A DNA stretch of 63,834 nucleotides, filler included, from Reticulomyxa filosa (GCA_000512085.1; 19 parts of 19 records of this genome joined end to end with filler, not necessarily neighbours in it); one strand, 5' to 3'; shown: positions 1-11,839, counted from the whole stretch's first letter. Notes: generated from the sequence alone by a model not told the origin. Made by a program: numbers and translations.

Positions 1-50
1 CATTCATAGGTGGGGGGGGGGGGACACGTTCACAAAAAAAACTTTTCTAG

Positions 51-746
51 CAATCATCGAATAGTTTTCAATCCGCGCTTAGCCGCTTTAATAACGAATT
101 GAAAAGTCGTCAAAAACGCCATATTGGACACATTGACAAAAATTTGACAGAAGAAGAAATCGATAATTTAGTTAGTGATCCAACACGAGCAGAAACTTAT
201 ATCCAACAATCATTTCAATTGGTTGATGTTGGCGATGGTATGTAATGTGTAGTTTGTTTCGATCTTTGACATTTTATTTGTCGACTTTGTATAGTCTTAT
301 TCTTTTTTTTTTTTTTTTTTTTTTTGCCTTTTATTGTAGCAATGATGGACAGGTTGGTTGAAATCGAGTCACGAACGCAAGGAATGCAAAAAATTTATGA
401 CAGCTTGGAAGAGTTGCGGTCAATGTGGCACGAATTGCATTTTTTGGTCAGTGAACAACAAGAATACTTAGATTCAATCGAAAACAACGTTTCTCAGACC
501 AAGGAATACATTGCTCAAGCTACTGTCAATTTGGCAAAAGCCGAAAAAAGTCAAAAGACATCAAGAAAAGTTGAGAACAAACAGAAAAAAGATTGTATTT
601 AATGTTGATTCTATACCACGACCTATTCTTTTGTGATTGCAAAAATACAATAGCTTCAATTTTGCATGCTATGCATATGCTTGGTATTGTTAATAATCAT
701 ATTTGGAGCGTTAGGCGGTGCAAAAGTATTTTCCGGAAATGCTTAA
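51..746 (+). CDS. Syntaxin (Qa-SNARE), 5'-partial, 3 visible exons (~51-237, ~341-569, ~654-746)
   Basis: SNARE motif in ORF 324..602 (EIESRTQGMQKIYDSLEELRSMWHELHFLVSEQQEYLDSIENNV, central Q layer). A spliced last exon gives a C-terminal TM anchor LQFCMLCICLVLLIIIFGALGGAKVFSGNA*. GT-AG introns are visible. Confidence 0.9.
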
Positions 747-1279
747 CGAGTGTTTTTTTGTGTGCTATGTGAGCAAATGAAAAAAAAAGGGCAATTCGGG
801 AAGGGTAAGAAGAGCTCTTGTAATATATATTGCTGTGTCCTTTTTTATATTTTGTTGGTTTGGTTCTGCTTTACTGGAAAAAAAATCAAACACTTTGGGA
901 CTGAATTTGACAATACCCGAGATTTCTTATTGAGAAAGGGGAAAAAGTCTAATATGAGGTGTTTACTCATTTTTTTTGGGACATTTGTTGGAAATTGAGT
1001 GTATCAATTTAATTTGCTGGATGATATCGTTATTTTCTTTAATACCTTCAAAGTGGAAAGATCTTTTGAGGATGTTGTAAAAGTGTAAAAATAATGTGGC
1101 CAAGTGTTGAAGTAAAAATGATACCAGATGATCCTTCTAAACCTAAAGTAAGGTCTGGCTTGTATAATTTAATTTTAAACGTTTTGATTGTTTATTGGGT
1201 TACATTTAGTTTCATAAAAGTAATCAATGCATCCACATTCACTACCGAAGCTGTTTCGTTACAATCAACATAGAACCAA

Positions 1280-3129
1280 TCACAGCAAAAAAAAGAAGTT
1301 GAAGTAAGGAATGGGAAAAAAAAAAAAAAAAAAGAGAACAAAGAGAAACAAACGTGGTATAGAGGGTAAGGCAAGTAATTGAGTCTGGTGTGGAGCAGGC
1401 AAGAGTTGTAGTAATTCTCGAATGGCTTCAGGACAATTGATTTGATTTAACAAACGTTGCATTTCATCGTTAGAATCTAAGGTATCGATCTTTGAATTGT
1501 CATTATCATCAAGCCTTGTCAAAAAGCGAATCCCTGGACGGAAGGCAATGAGTTGAGTGACATCAGGATTGATAATGTGTTCCATTTTTTCTGATTTGCG
1601 TCGAATACCGATTTGTGTGGTTTCATTGGAAGTATTATTGCTCACATTTTGTAAAGCTCTTAATAAGGTCAATTTATAGGATTCACCAACAGGCAGCAAA
1701 TGTCCAAAAGAGTAGCGATCGATGCGATGTAATAATTTTTCGATTCGATTCGATCGTAGCTTTTCGTCTCGCAGTTGTTGGCTGCCTTCAATACTTCGCA
1801 GATTGAGTTCTCGCTGACGAAACTTTATGAACAAGTCATAAATTTGTGCGTGCAAAACTGTTTTCAAAGAATTTTCTGAGGACTGACTTTCCCTTTCATC
1901 GACAAGAGGGAGCACTTCTTCAAACACATGTTCAATTTCCTCTTTTTTCGCGTTTGGATATGCCAGCAAAAATTTTAAGTAGGCATAGCCATACTCCAGC
2001 ACACTCGAAAAGTCTTTCCATCCTCGGGTCAGTATTCGGTATGCCGCATCCTTATCATTGTTTATTGTTTCTTCGACCGAAGCTGTTACATATAATACAT
2101 TATGTTTGTGTTATGTAAATATTTGCAAAATATCTTTTTTTTTTTTTTTGAACAAGTCTCCCCTATCCCCCCCCCCCCCCCCCTCTTCTCCTCATCTGCC
2201 TCCAGACTTCAAAATCTCAAACGCCCTCCTCTCTCAGTGAGTTAACCAGCGACCATGTAGAGTGGATATAATTTCAATTTTACGCATCCAACAAAGAACT
2301 CTCTTGTCGCATCTTTGCCTTGAGTTCGTCGTAGAAATAAGAAATAATAGACAAAAGTCAATGGGTTAATCGATTGAACGTTTTTTGTTGTGTTCTGAAT
2401 CAACAGCTGTTTTGCTTTGGAAGATTGCTTACTCGTTTGATTCGGCGGTCCCGACGGTAATGGGCTACTTGCTATCAACCGTACATACACATTTTCCGCC
2501 TCCTATTCCATTCCATTCCATTCCCATCCCAACACAAAGTCAAATCGAACCAAAAAAAACAACTGCATTGTATATCTCTAAAACAGAATTTTTTTTTTTT
2601 TTTTTGTCTTTAAACTTCGGTAGATTTATTCAATTCTAAGAAATCAGCATACACCAAATGTAACAACACGCAATCTGGAATTGCTTGTAAGGCATGTTCA
2701 AACACCTTTTCTGTTCTTTCGATGCTGTTCCATGAATTCATTTCGAAGTCGACATACAAAAGCCTTTTTCCATTTCACAACGGTAACTGTGTGTCAATGA
2801 GCAGAGTTGAACAAAACAAGACAAAACAAAAACAAAAACAAAAAAAAAAAAAGGGACCAAATATCAGGATAGTTTCTTGTGGCCATCAACGCTTGTCTAA
2901 AGGTAAATTCAAGTCGAGACAACAATTCCTTTTGTTCCAAAGTTTGAGGATTACTTCTCTCGAATTCGACTAATCTCTCCCACAATTGAACTTGTTGATA
3001 ATTACGATCTTGTCGATGTGCTGTCTTTCCAGGTCTAATTCACACATGCATATGCACACATACATATGCACATATGCATATAAATATAAATGTACAAAAA
3101 TAAATGCATACATATACATATATATAAAC

Positions 3130-3161
<32 letters not shown>

Positions 3162-3523
3162 GTGTATAAAAGACCTTTTTGTGAACTAACCTAGCTAAAA
3201 ATGCAAAATAATGCCTCGACGATATCTCTTTCTATCTTTGTGCACTTGTTGAGCCAAATTATAAGCCTCGCGATGGACATCGATGAGAGCCTCGGCCAAA
3301 TCTTTGTTGGTGTTTTGTTCCCATAAAACGTAGCTGTCCCAAATCTGTTCTAAATTGTCCATGGGTATGCGCAAGGCCTTGTGATAAACCCGTCGAATCC
3401 TGTCGATTTCTTCTCCGCTTTTCGCGCCGACGCTCTTCTTCAAAAACGTGAGATAGCGTTTCCACAGGCGATCGGCATGAATATCTTGGCCAACGCATTT
3501 GATCACATAATCAAAGCATTCAC
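1280..3523 (-). CDS. CSTF3: Cleavage stimulation factor 77 kDa / RNA14 / Suppressor of forked (HAT-repeat protein), 5'-partial, multi-exon
   Basis: HAT-repeat exons: VGQDIHADRLWKRYLTFLK, IDRIRRVYHKALRIPMDNLEQIWDSYVLWEQ, QLWERLVEFERSNP...FTFRQALM...YPDIW, ATREFF, YGYAYLKFLL...IEHVFEEVL. The 3' end is uncertain. Confidence 0.85.
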
Positions 3524-3584
3524 CTTTTTTTTTTTTGGTAGTCCATATGCATATGTGTGTATGTTTTTTGAGTGAATAAAAAAA

Positions 3585-3684
3585 NNNNNNNNNNNNNNNN
3601 NNNNNNNNNNNNNNNNNNNNNNNNNNNNTTAATTAATTAANNNNNNNNNNNNNNNNNNNNNNNNNNNNNNNNNNNNNNNNNNNN
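3585..3684. other. Artificial contig spacer (first of 18; others at 5378, 6804, 12673, 14865, 23848, 25010, 26756, 29155, 33365, 35229, 40436, 43796, 45308, 49601, 58067, 59935, 62343; each 100 bp)
   Basis: The identical N-run + TTAATTAATTAA + N-run block, with stop codons in all six frames, recurs at every junction. Confidence 0.98.
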
Positions 3685-3912
3685 AATTCAAATGTGATAT
3701 GTTCTGGATCAGAAGATAATACAATTCGGTTTTGGGATATTCGATCAAATAAGGATCAATTGTATGTGATTGAAGTAGGTGAGGTAGTATCATGTCTTAA
3801 ATTTATAGAATTAAAAAAAAAAGTATATGTCAATAAAAAAAAATCAAATAGTGATAGTTGTGTTAATTTATTTTATGGTTCAAAAAATGGTTTAATTCGT
3901 GTTTGGGGATGA
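3685..3912 (+). CDS. WD40-repeat protein, C-terminal fragment (expanded family)
   Basis: NVICSGSEDNTIRFWDIRS...LFYGSKNGLIRVWG*; same C-terminus as the paralogs at 36086 and 48354. Confidence 0.8.
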   Translation, partial: NSNVICSGSEDNTIRFWDIRSNKDQLYVIEVGEVVSCLKFIELKKKVYVNKKKSNSDSCVNLFYGSKNGLIRVWG

Positions 3913-4797
3913 ATACATATGAATAAATTTTGTGAAATGAACAGTTATCAATAAATTTTATTTTGATTTTTCAATTCATTTATATTTAAACTTGATGTCT
4001 TTGAGTTTTTTTCTCATTAGTCATTTGTTCAAAAGGTGTTTCACAAAAGGAATGACACGCTTTTAAATGACCTTCAAAGTGATAATCATTTTTGTTAATA
4101 TAATAATGTTTGTACACACACACAAAAAAAAAGTTTATTTTGAACGTAAAACAATGTTAATTTGAGTTTAAACAAAGAAATATATATATACGTACTTCAT
4201 TCCACTTTAAATCAAAACTCTGCAGTCACACGTCCCAACTGATGTTTCAGCCTTTTTTTTATGTATGCAATCCAATAATGTTGACAACCTGAGCAGACAA
4301 ATAAAGATTAAGTCTTTTCTATTGTGTTCAGCTTTGCACGAGTGAGATTGTCCAAGTAATGAAAATACCCATAACATAATAACATTTTTTCGTTTTCTTA
4401 CAGAATTTCTGTTTTAATTTCGCACACAAGTTCATTGTTCTCTCCTTGTTCATAAAAAAAAACCTTAGCTTAAAATCAATAATCTCTGATCAAAACCTAT
4501 CTTCAAGAGAAAAACAATCTTCCACTTACATTTTTGACTTGCTTCGCTCTTCTAAACTACTTAAAATTTTCAGTGGACTTAAATAAAATCAATAAACTTG
4601 GTACAGAATTGAAGTAGGATTTTCTTTGTGTTTGAAAGATTGAAATAAAATTGATATTATAATTTACACTTTCAAAATGTTTTAGTTTTTTAGATTGAAC
4701 CTCAAAGCTGGTGCAATGTAGAACACCCTTTCATTGCTCTTTAAAAAAAGTTCAATCAATCATTTTACATTTTACATTAATAAAAGAAGTCAACGGA

Positions 4798-5270
4798 ATG
4801 TCAACTCTTAGCAATGAAAAACAGACTTCAACACAATTTAAAAGAAGTGGTAAGCCTTATTTCAAGTCTTTAGAAAGTTACATGTCTTTATGTTTTATTG
4901 AATGTAGTTTGTGATTGAAATAGTGAAAAGAAGAAGAAATTCAAGTAATCGTACAACATTGAATTCGAACATTAAATATTAAATTAGGATGGATCCATGA
5001 CTTTGACAAACTTGTTGTCAATACCTTATGCTTTTGTTGTTGTTTTTCATTCAAGTGATAACACATAATCGTAATTTGAACAACCGTTTTCTTATTTGGT
5101 TCGTTCGTTTATCATCGAAATTACTTAATACATTTACTGTTCACAGTATTGATTATTCAACATTTGATTATATGAATTCATTTGTTCTGAATCAGAAGAT
5201 AAAACCGTTCGTATATGGGATGTCAACAATAAACAAATTCAATTATTTAATATTTAAAAAATATAATTTT
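4798..5270 (+). pseudogene. Degenerate WD40-family paralog (N-terminal leader exons plus first WD repeat)
   Basis: MSTLSNEKQ leader and EEEIQVIVQH*IRTLNIKLGWIHDFDKLVV (in-frame stop where paralogs have W), followed by a frameshifted first repeat; truncated. Confidence 0.7.
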
Positions 5271-5527
5271 CATCAGCAACCATCCAGTGTACAGGGCAAA
5301 GTGTTTTTGAAGTGTAATCCACGTGTTTTTTTTAATTGAATATTTGTGTGCTGATTTTTAATAATGTTGAAATCTGANNNNNNNNNNNNNNNNNNNNNNN
5401 NNNNNNNNNNNNNNNNNNNNNTTAATTAATTAANNNNNNNNNNNNNNNNNNNNNNNNNNNNNNNNNNNNNNNNNNNNTTTTATTATTATTATTAAAAAAA
5501 AAAAAAAAAAGGATGTTATGTTATTGT

Positions 5528-6765
5528 TACAAGTTCGTTCATTCCTTGCACATAATCGATCCCTTTGTTCAAGCGAGCATAGACGCACAAGATGCGAATC
5601 ATGACTTGAGCATGAATTCCCAAGTCCTTTCCGGTCAAAGTGTAGCGTTCGTAGCGAAACTTTTTGATGCGTTGGGAGAGCATGCTTTTGTTGTGACGAT
5701 GACTGGTCGGAGACAAGTTGGAATTGGAATGGTTGGCCTCATCTCGACTGCCAATGGTGCTCGTCATGCTGGGTTCGTGTTCTTTCGCGTGTCTTTGCAA
5801 ATTGCTTGCGCTGCGATACTTGGGATTGGTATTGTGCTTGCGCGCCGTCTTGGAAGAGTTCTTTTCCTCATCGCCACCATCATTACCACCACCGTCGCCA
5901 CTTTGTGGCTTCGGTGGCAAAGGATCATCACAATCGTCAATTGTTATCGAATATCGATTCTTTGTGGTCGCCCCGTCACTCGGCGAAGTCGCCGCCCCAA
6001 CAGGCTTTGCTTCTTCGCCTAAGCTGTCCTGCTTTTCCATTGGTTGTATGTTCGACGCATTGTTTTCTTTGCTTTCTGTTCTCGTCATTGTAGTAGTAGT
6101 TGTTGTTGTTGTTGCTGTGGTCGCCGTGGTTACTCCTCTTGTTATAGTCGTGTTTCCGTCCATTCCTACAATTGGAGAGAGATTCGACGTCGTGGCTGTC
6201 ATTCCAGAAAGAGATGGACTTGCTGGTGTCACTTGCAATGAGTCTTCCTTTTCGTGCGTCACTGGCCTCTTTGGATTGCTCATCATCGGCAGGTTCGCTG
6301 CAATGTTCAACGCTGCTCTCGACGCCCCGTTTTGTCCCAATGCACTCAACACTTGTGCTGATGCTCCCAGTCCATTCGAACCGCTTGTTATGTTTATCAA
6401 TTTGATGTTGTGGATACTAAGTGCTGCTGTTGTCATCGTTGTCTCTGTTGTTACTGTTGTTGTTGTTGTTGCTGTTGTCGCGTTTTCTGATGTTCCTGTC
6501 GGCGCTGCTGTTGTTGGTACATCTTGCGACGAAGGCTCAAACGTTTGCTTGTCGCCTATGGTGTTTTCACGCTCGTCGTGGCCTTGCACGTGTCCACGTC
6601 TATGTCTATGTTCGTGGTCTTGGTCTTGAGGTGGCACAATCACCACGTGTTCACGTGAGTCCGATACACTGGCCTCACGAAGTCCGCTCTTGTCATTTGT
6701 TTCCTCCTTCTTTCGATCATGCGTGTCGTCGACATCGCTGTCCCCAGTTGGAGGTCGAAAGTTGG
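5528..6765 (-). CDS. TBC-domain Rab GTPase-activating protein (TBC1D13-like), internal exon with a long low-complexity insert
   Basis: HAQVMIRILCVYARLNKGIDYVQGMNELV is the TBC glutamine-finger motif YxQGMNE. It is preceded by ~370 aa of Thr/Ser-rich sequence. Confidence 0.8.
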
Positions 6766-6903
6766 CTGGAGAGTGTTTTTTTTTTTAAAAAAAAAGGGGG
6801 GGANNNNNNNNNNNNNNNNNNNNNNNNNNNNNNNNNNNNNNNNNNNNTTAATTAATTAANNNNNNNNNNNNNNNNNNNNNNNNNNNNNNNNNNNNNNNNN
6901 NNN

Positions 6904-7140
6904 GAAGAAGAAGAAGAAGAAGAAGAAGAAGAAGAGGAGGAGGAGGATGAAGAGGATGAAGAAGAAGATACCCCTAGACACGGCGATGAGGAAGACGAAG
7001 ATGATATTGCCGTTGGATATGATGATACTTTTGCTCAATTGACGCGGGATGATGTCCCTCTCGTCGTTCATCCAGCTGCAAGAAAAATCAATATTGTGCA
7101 AAGTCATAGCTTGCCACCAAAATACTTTCCAAAATCTTAA
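6904..7140 (+). CDS. 3' end of an unknown protein with a poly-Glu/Asp acidic tract
   Basis: Open frame from the contig edge: (E)n DEEDEEEDTPRHGDEEDEDDIAVGYDDDTFAQLTRDDVPLVVHPAARKINIVQSHSLPPKYFPKS*. Confidence 0.5.
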   Translation, partial: EEEEEEEEEEEEEEDEEDEEEDTPRHGDEEDEDDIAVGYDDTFAQLTRDDVPLVVHPAARKINIVQSHSLPPKYFPKS

Positions 7141-8334
7141 ATGCGTTCCATACCCTTTGGGTTCATCGATTATATCATTTCGTGCTCTGGCTCTTTTTAT
7201 TTAGTTTTTTGTGTGTTCTTTTTTTTTTCTTTAATCTTGTAAACAACCGATGGCGTTTTGTTTTTTTTTTATTATATCATAGATTTTGATATTGATTTCA
7301 CAAACAATAAAATATTCGTCTTTTTTTTCCTTTGTTTTTTTGTTCTTTTTCAATTGAATTTTGACTTTGGTTGTAGTTTTTCTTCTGTCTTAAACAATCT
7401 TTTTTTGCTATTCTCTTTTGTTTTCTTGCAGTGACTTAGCTTACACCATCATCAAAATTTTGTTTTTTATTTTTTGTTTGCATGCTCGAATGTTTCATCA
7501 TTTACTGGCGATAATGTTATTTTTTATTTGTAGTATTCACTGCACTATAGTAGCTTTTATCTAAGATAAATAAAGTATTAATTAATTTATCATACCATAT
7601 CAAAACAAAATAAAAATCCTTTTAAACTCTCATGAGTTAGTTCGATTTTTATTCAAAAGGTTAGGCAATTTTTTGCTTTCAGGAGCTTGTTTGTTGTTCA
7701 GTTAACAATTAATTTCATAATATTATTTTGAGTTTCAATAGCATACACTAATTCACTGACTCCATTTTATTGTTTTTGGCTTTGAATTGTTTTAACTTTT
7801 AAAGCGAAATAATGGATTGAAAAGTCGAACAAGGCAAATATTTGTAATTTGATGAATGATTCCATAAATCAAGCACAACGCAAGTTAGATTTTGACTTTT
7901 GCTTTAGATGAACTAAATTATAAAAAAAACTAAAAAATCAACATTACGAAAGACATCGCATTAATACAAACAACAGTTTTAAACGGAAAAATCGGTAATA
8001 AATTTTCAAAATTAAAAACTGTCCAAAAAACGTTACGTATCAAAACTAAATGAAGAAAACAACAATAAGACTAATTTTGTGTTTCATGAAGAAAATCGAT
8101 TATCCATAGACAGCACAACAGATTTGTATATTTTTTTTTCAAACTACTGCATAGTTTTTAATTATGGCAACAACTTCTTTAGTGACAGCATAAATGAAAA
8201 GTAAACGTTCAATGAAAAAGTGGATATTAAAAAAAATACACAGCTTAAAAATTTTTGCAAAAAAAAAATATCTATACAAAAAACATTTGCCAACTATCCA
8301 GATAAAGCGATTTAGTTTTTTTTTGTTTGTTTTC

Positions 8335-9445
8335 CTAATTGCCTACCATACGCGGCACAAACAAGACCCAATCTAAAGGTTCATTAATTCTTTTACACAA
8401 TTCAACACTTTCCATAATTAATTTACTCATCAGGGCTTCCTTTTCCAAGGCCTGCAATTTTTCTTGCCTCTTTCTCTCCTCTTCTTCTTGGTGTTTTCTC
8501 TCAGCCTCAATTTTGGCCAGTTCCTCTTCGCTGAGTTTAACTTCAATCACTGCCGGTATTTCATCAATTTGAACAGGTGGAGGAACTATAATTTCTTCTC
8601 TTTCTTCTTCTTCATCTGCACTAAGAATTGCCTTTTCTTCATCATCTTCTTCAGGCTCTTCTTCAATCGCAGCTATAAAGTCCTCTGCAGCATAACATCA
8701 ACCCATCAAACAAGCAAAAAAAAGGATGAGAAAAGAGGATTTTTGAACGCGAATGGACAATATATAAAAAATATCGTACTTGGTTCGTTTGAATCTATTT
8801 TCGTTAGTTGAGCTTTGTTGTACAGACTTCTTTGTCTCAATCGTTCCTCTCGTTCTTTGCGCTTTCTTTCTGCTTCCTTTTCTCTTCGGTGCTCTTCTTC
8901 CACTTGCATTTCATGTTGTAATCGTTTTGTCTCTTCGCTTTCCTTTTTCTTTATTTGTGCGAAATATGCCTTTTCCGCTTCCAACGCCTTCATGAATGCT
9001 TCTTCGCTGATTGTATCGCTTCCATCGACCACCACTGATTTTTTTACTCGCCCGATCCAATCTTGAATTGTGACCTTTGTTTAATCCGTCGCATTACAGG
9101 ACATCACAAAACAATACAAAATTTTTTGGGTTCTTTTTGTTATTGCATATTTCTCAAAGTTAAAAAACAACGCAACTTTTTCAAGGGTTTCAGAAACGAT
9201 AGTTACTCCGAAAGGCTTTAGCATATCTTGCATTTGTGGCTGCCACGAGACATGTTTCATGCGTTCGACATTTTTCTTGCTACGAATATTAGGAGGGGTG
9301 CTCGTCACCATAGTGTCCGGTGTCCATATAAAGAACACCCAATGGCTTCTTCGGAACCTCCCTTCTCCAAAAGACAGACGCATCAGGCCATACAGCACCT
9401 GGTCATACTTCAATTCGCTATCAATGTAGATGTACGTGTACATAC

Positions 9446-9480
<35 letters not shown>

Positions 9481-10372
9481 ATATGTATATATAAACATTG
9501 TAACTAAAATCTATTCCAAATGTAGGCAAGCAAACAAAATAAACAAAAAGACAAGATGCGTCACTCAACTCTCTCAGAGAAGACAAGTCTCCCAAGCCCC
9601 ATTTTCCAAAGGCTTCAGTTCTTTGGTGGAGGGGTAAAACAAGGCCCAGTTTACTGGCGATGTTTCGGCATGAATGGCAGCAACGACTCGTTCAGGAGTC
9701 CATGGTCGTTCATTGCTCCAATCGTCTTCTTTTCTTTTTTTTTTCTTTCCACCTTTCTTTCCTTTCTTTCCTATTTGTTTTAACTTTTTTTTTTTTTTTT
9801 TGTGGGTACATTGTGTGATGTATTGCAATGGACATTGTTGTTGTTGTGGTTTTTTTTGAATAGTTGTTATTTGAAAACAAACAAAATGACAATGAATCAA
9901 CTTGCGGCATCACTTGCACTAGCAGCCTTTTCTTTTTCTTGTCTCAGTTTCTCTTCTTCTTCTTCTTGCTTTTTTTTCGCGGCAATGAGCAACTCTCGCT
10001 CTCTGGCCAACTCCTCCTGTTGTCTGCGTTTTTCTTGCAACTCTGCTTCTTTTTGGCGACGCAGCTCCTCTTCACGCTCTTTCCTGCGCTTCTCCTCTTC
10101 ATCCGCAATCGCCTTTCTTCTCAGTTCTGCCTCCGCTTCGCGTTTCAGGCGGGCTTCCTCTTCCATGTTTGCTTGCATTTCTAGCAATCTTTTCTTATGC
10201 TGTTCCGCTTCTTTCATCGCTTCGGCCATCCTTCGAGAGTAGTCTTGTTTCATCTGCATTTTTTTATTTTTTATTTTTTTTTCTACGCGTGTCGGTGTTT
10301 GTCCTTTGTTACTATAATATTCAAATGCAGATAAATAATAAAACAATATATAAAATATTATTATTATTATTA

Positions 10373-10413
<41 letters not shown>

Positions 10414-11839
10414 TTATTGTTTATGATTTGTTATTCAAAGAACAAATGTGAAAAATAACTGTGTTCAAATCAGAAAGGTTCGCTTTTCCTTGTCCTTTGA
10501 TATTGTCCGTGACAAAAATACCGCGCAACTGTTCAAACACCCATTCCACGGTGAACAGATCTCTTTGTGTCACCACCAATGGCGCGTGACAATGTCCAAT
10601 CACTTCTTGTGCAATATGCAGTTTTTTATTTTCTTTCGCTCTTTGCAGCGGTTTGGGATGTTCTTTCGAAAGGCATTACATCAACAACAACAACAACAAC
10701 AAAAAGTGCATAATGCACATAACATGTGAATATACATTTTATTACTTATGCATATATATATATATATATGTATACATATATATTTATATATATGTGCATA
10801 TATAGTATGTACCAATTTGTAGACACACAAAAACAAATAACAATAAAAGTGCACATAAATATAATACTTTCGCCATTAAAATGGACAAAAATGTTTTTAT
10901 GTCGAGCAAATTGTCCCTCGCCCACTTCGATTTGGATCATTCCAAACATGACTTTTGAGTCGTCCAGATACTTTTGCATTTCATCGACACCGGCGGTTCC
11001 TCGGCCGACCAAATCGAAGGGACACAAGCCAATCAATTGTTCGTACGAGAAAGCTTGCATTTCGTCTGCAAATTGCTCATGAAACTTTTGCCCAGATTTG
11101 GTCTGGGCCAGAGAGGCATTCATGCCGGCCCCACTGCTGCCACTTCCTCCTCCTCCTCCTGTTGATGGTTTATCTTTATTCGTGAGGTTGCTGTTACTGT
11201 TGTCGTTACTATTGTTGTTGACTGCTTTGCTATTGCTATCCTTTTTGTCTAGTTTCAGTTCCTCTGTTTGCTCCTCTCCCAATATGTCTGTCAACGACCC
11301 GTTGTTCGCTTTCAAATGCTCGCTCAGATTCAGTGATTGCGATGACAATCGCTCTCGTCGTTTCGCTTTCTCAAAGTCTTTGTCGCGCATTATTCGACGG
11401 ATTGAATCTTGTCTTACAAATAACCCACGTTTGTCTTCGCACTGTTTTTTTTTAAAAAAAAAATGTAAAGAATTAAAAAGGGGAAAATTTTTTTAACAAG
11501 TGGATATTAAAATATGAATTCAACAAATTTTTTGTTTTAACGTATAATTTTCCTTTTTTTTTTCTTCCTTTCACTCTTATTATTAAACACACACACAAAA
11601 AAAAAGGTCCCTTTGTAACTAAAAAAAAAAAAAAAAATAGCCATTCATTGAACTTTAAAGTATGTCTTTCCATCGATTTCACCACTATGCTCTCCTACAG
11701 AAGTTCCGTCCGTTAGTTCAACGCCATACCACTTCCCTTCAGCAAAATGCACCGTACCATAATACTTCACCTCACCCTCACGATCTCGAGAAAGCAAGAC
11801 ATGAGAACCTAATGGATAGGTCGATTCTTCAGTTGACAT
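8335..11839 (-). CDS. CAP-Gly domain protein with two coactosin/ADF-H-like domains and charged coiled-coil/SAH segments (multi-exon)
   Basis: Exons 1-2 give a CAP-Gly domain (GEVKYYGTVHFAEGKWYGVEL...GEHSGEIDGKTYFK|CEDKRGLFVR). Two homologous blocks (GRGTAGVDEMQKYLDDSKVMFGMIQIEVGEGQFARHKNIFVHF and LKYDQVLYGLMRLSFGEGRFRRSHWVFFIW) resemble ADF-H/coactosin. E/K/R-rich helices separate them. Confidence 0.8.

Noticed and set aside
5718-6629. Long antisense ORFs with poly-Val (also 34207-34647, 9802-10242)
   Set aside because: These are shadow frames of low-complexity sense ORFs ((ACA)n Thr runs, E/K-rich helices).
9590-9610. Possible programmed frameshifting or RNA editing (also ~3197, ~18600, ~27490, ~37130, ~45920)
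   Set aside because: Most shifts fall in A/T/C homopolymer runs, and a single-base indel restores the frame. This is best explained as homopolymer sequencing error unless reads or transcripts show otherwise.
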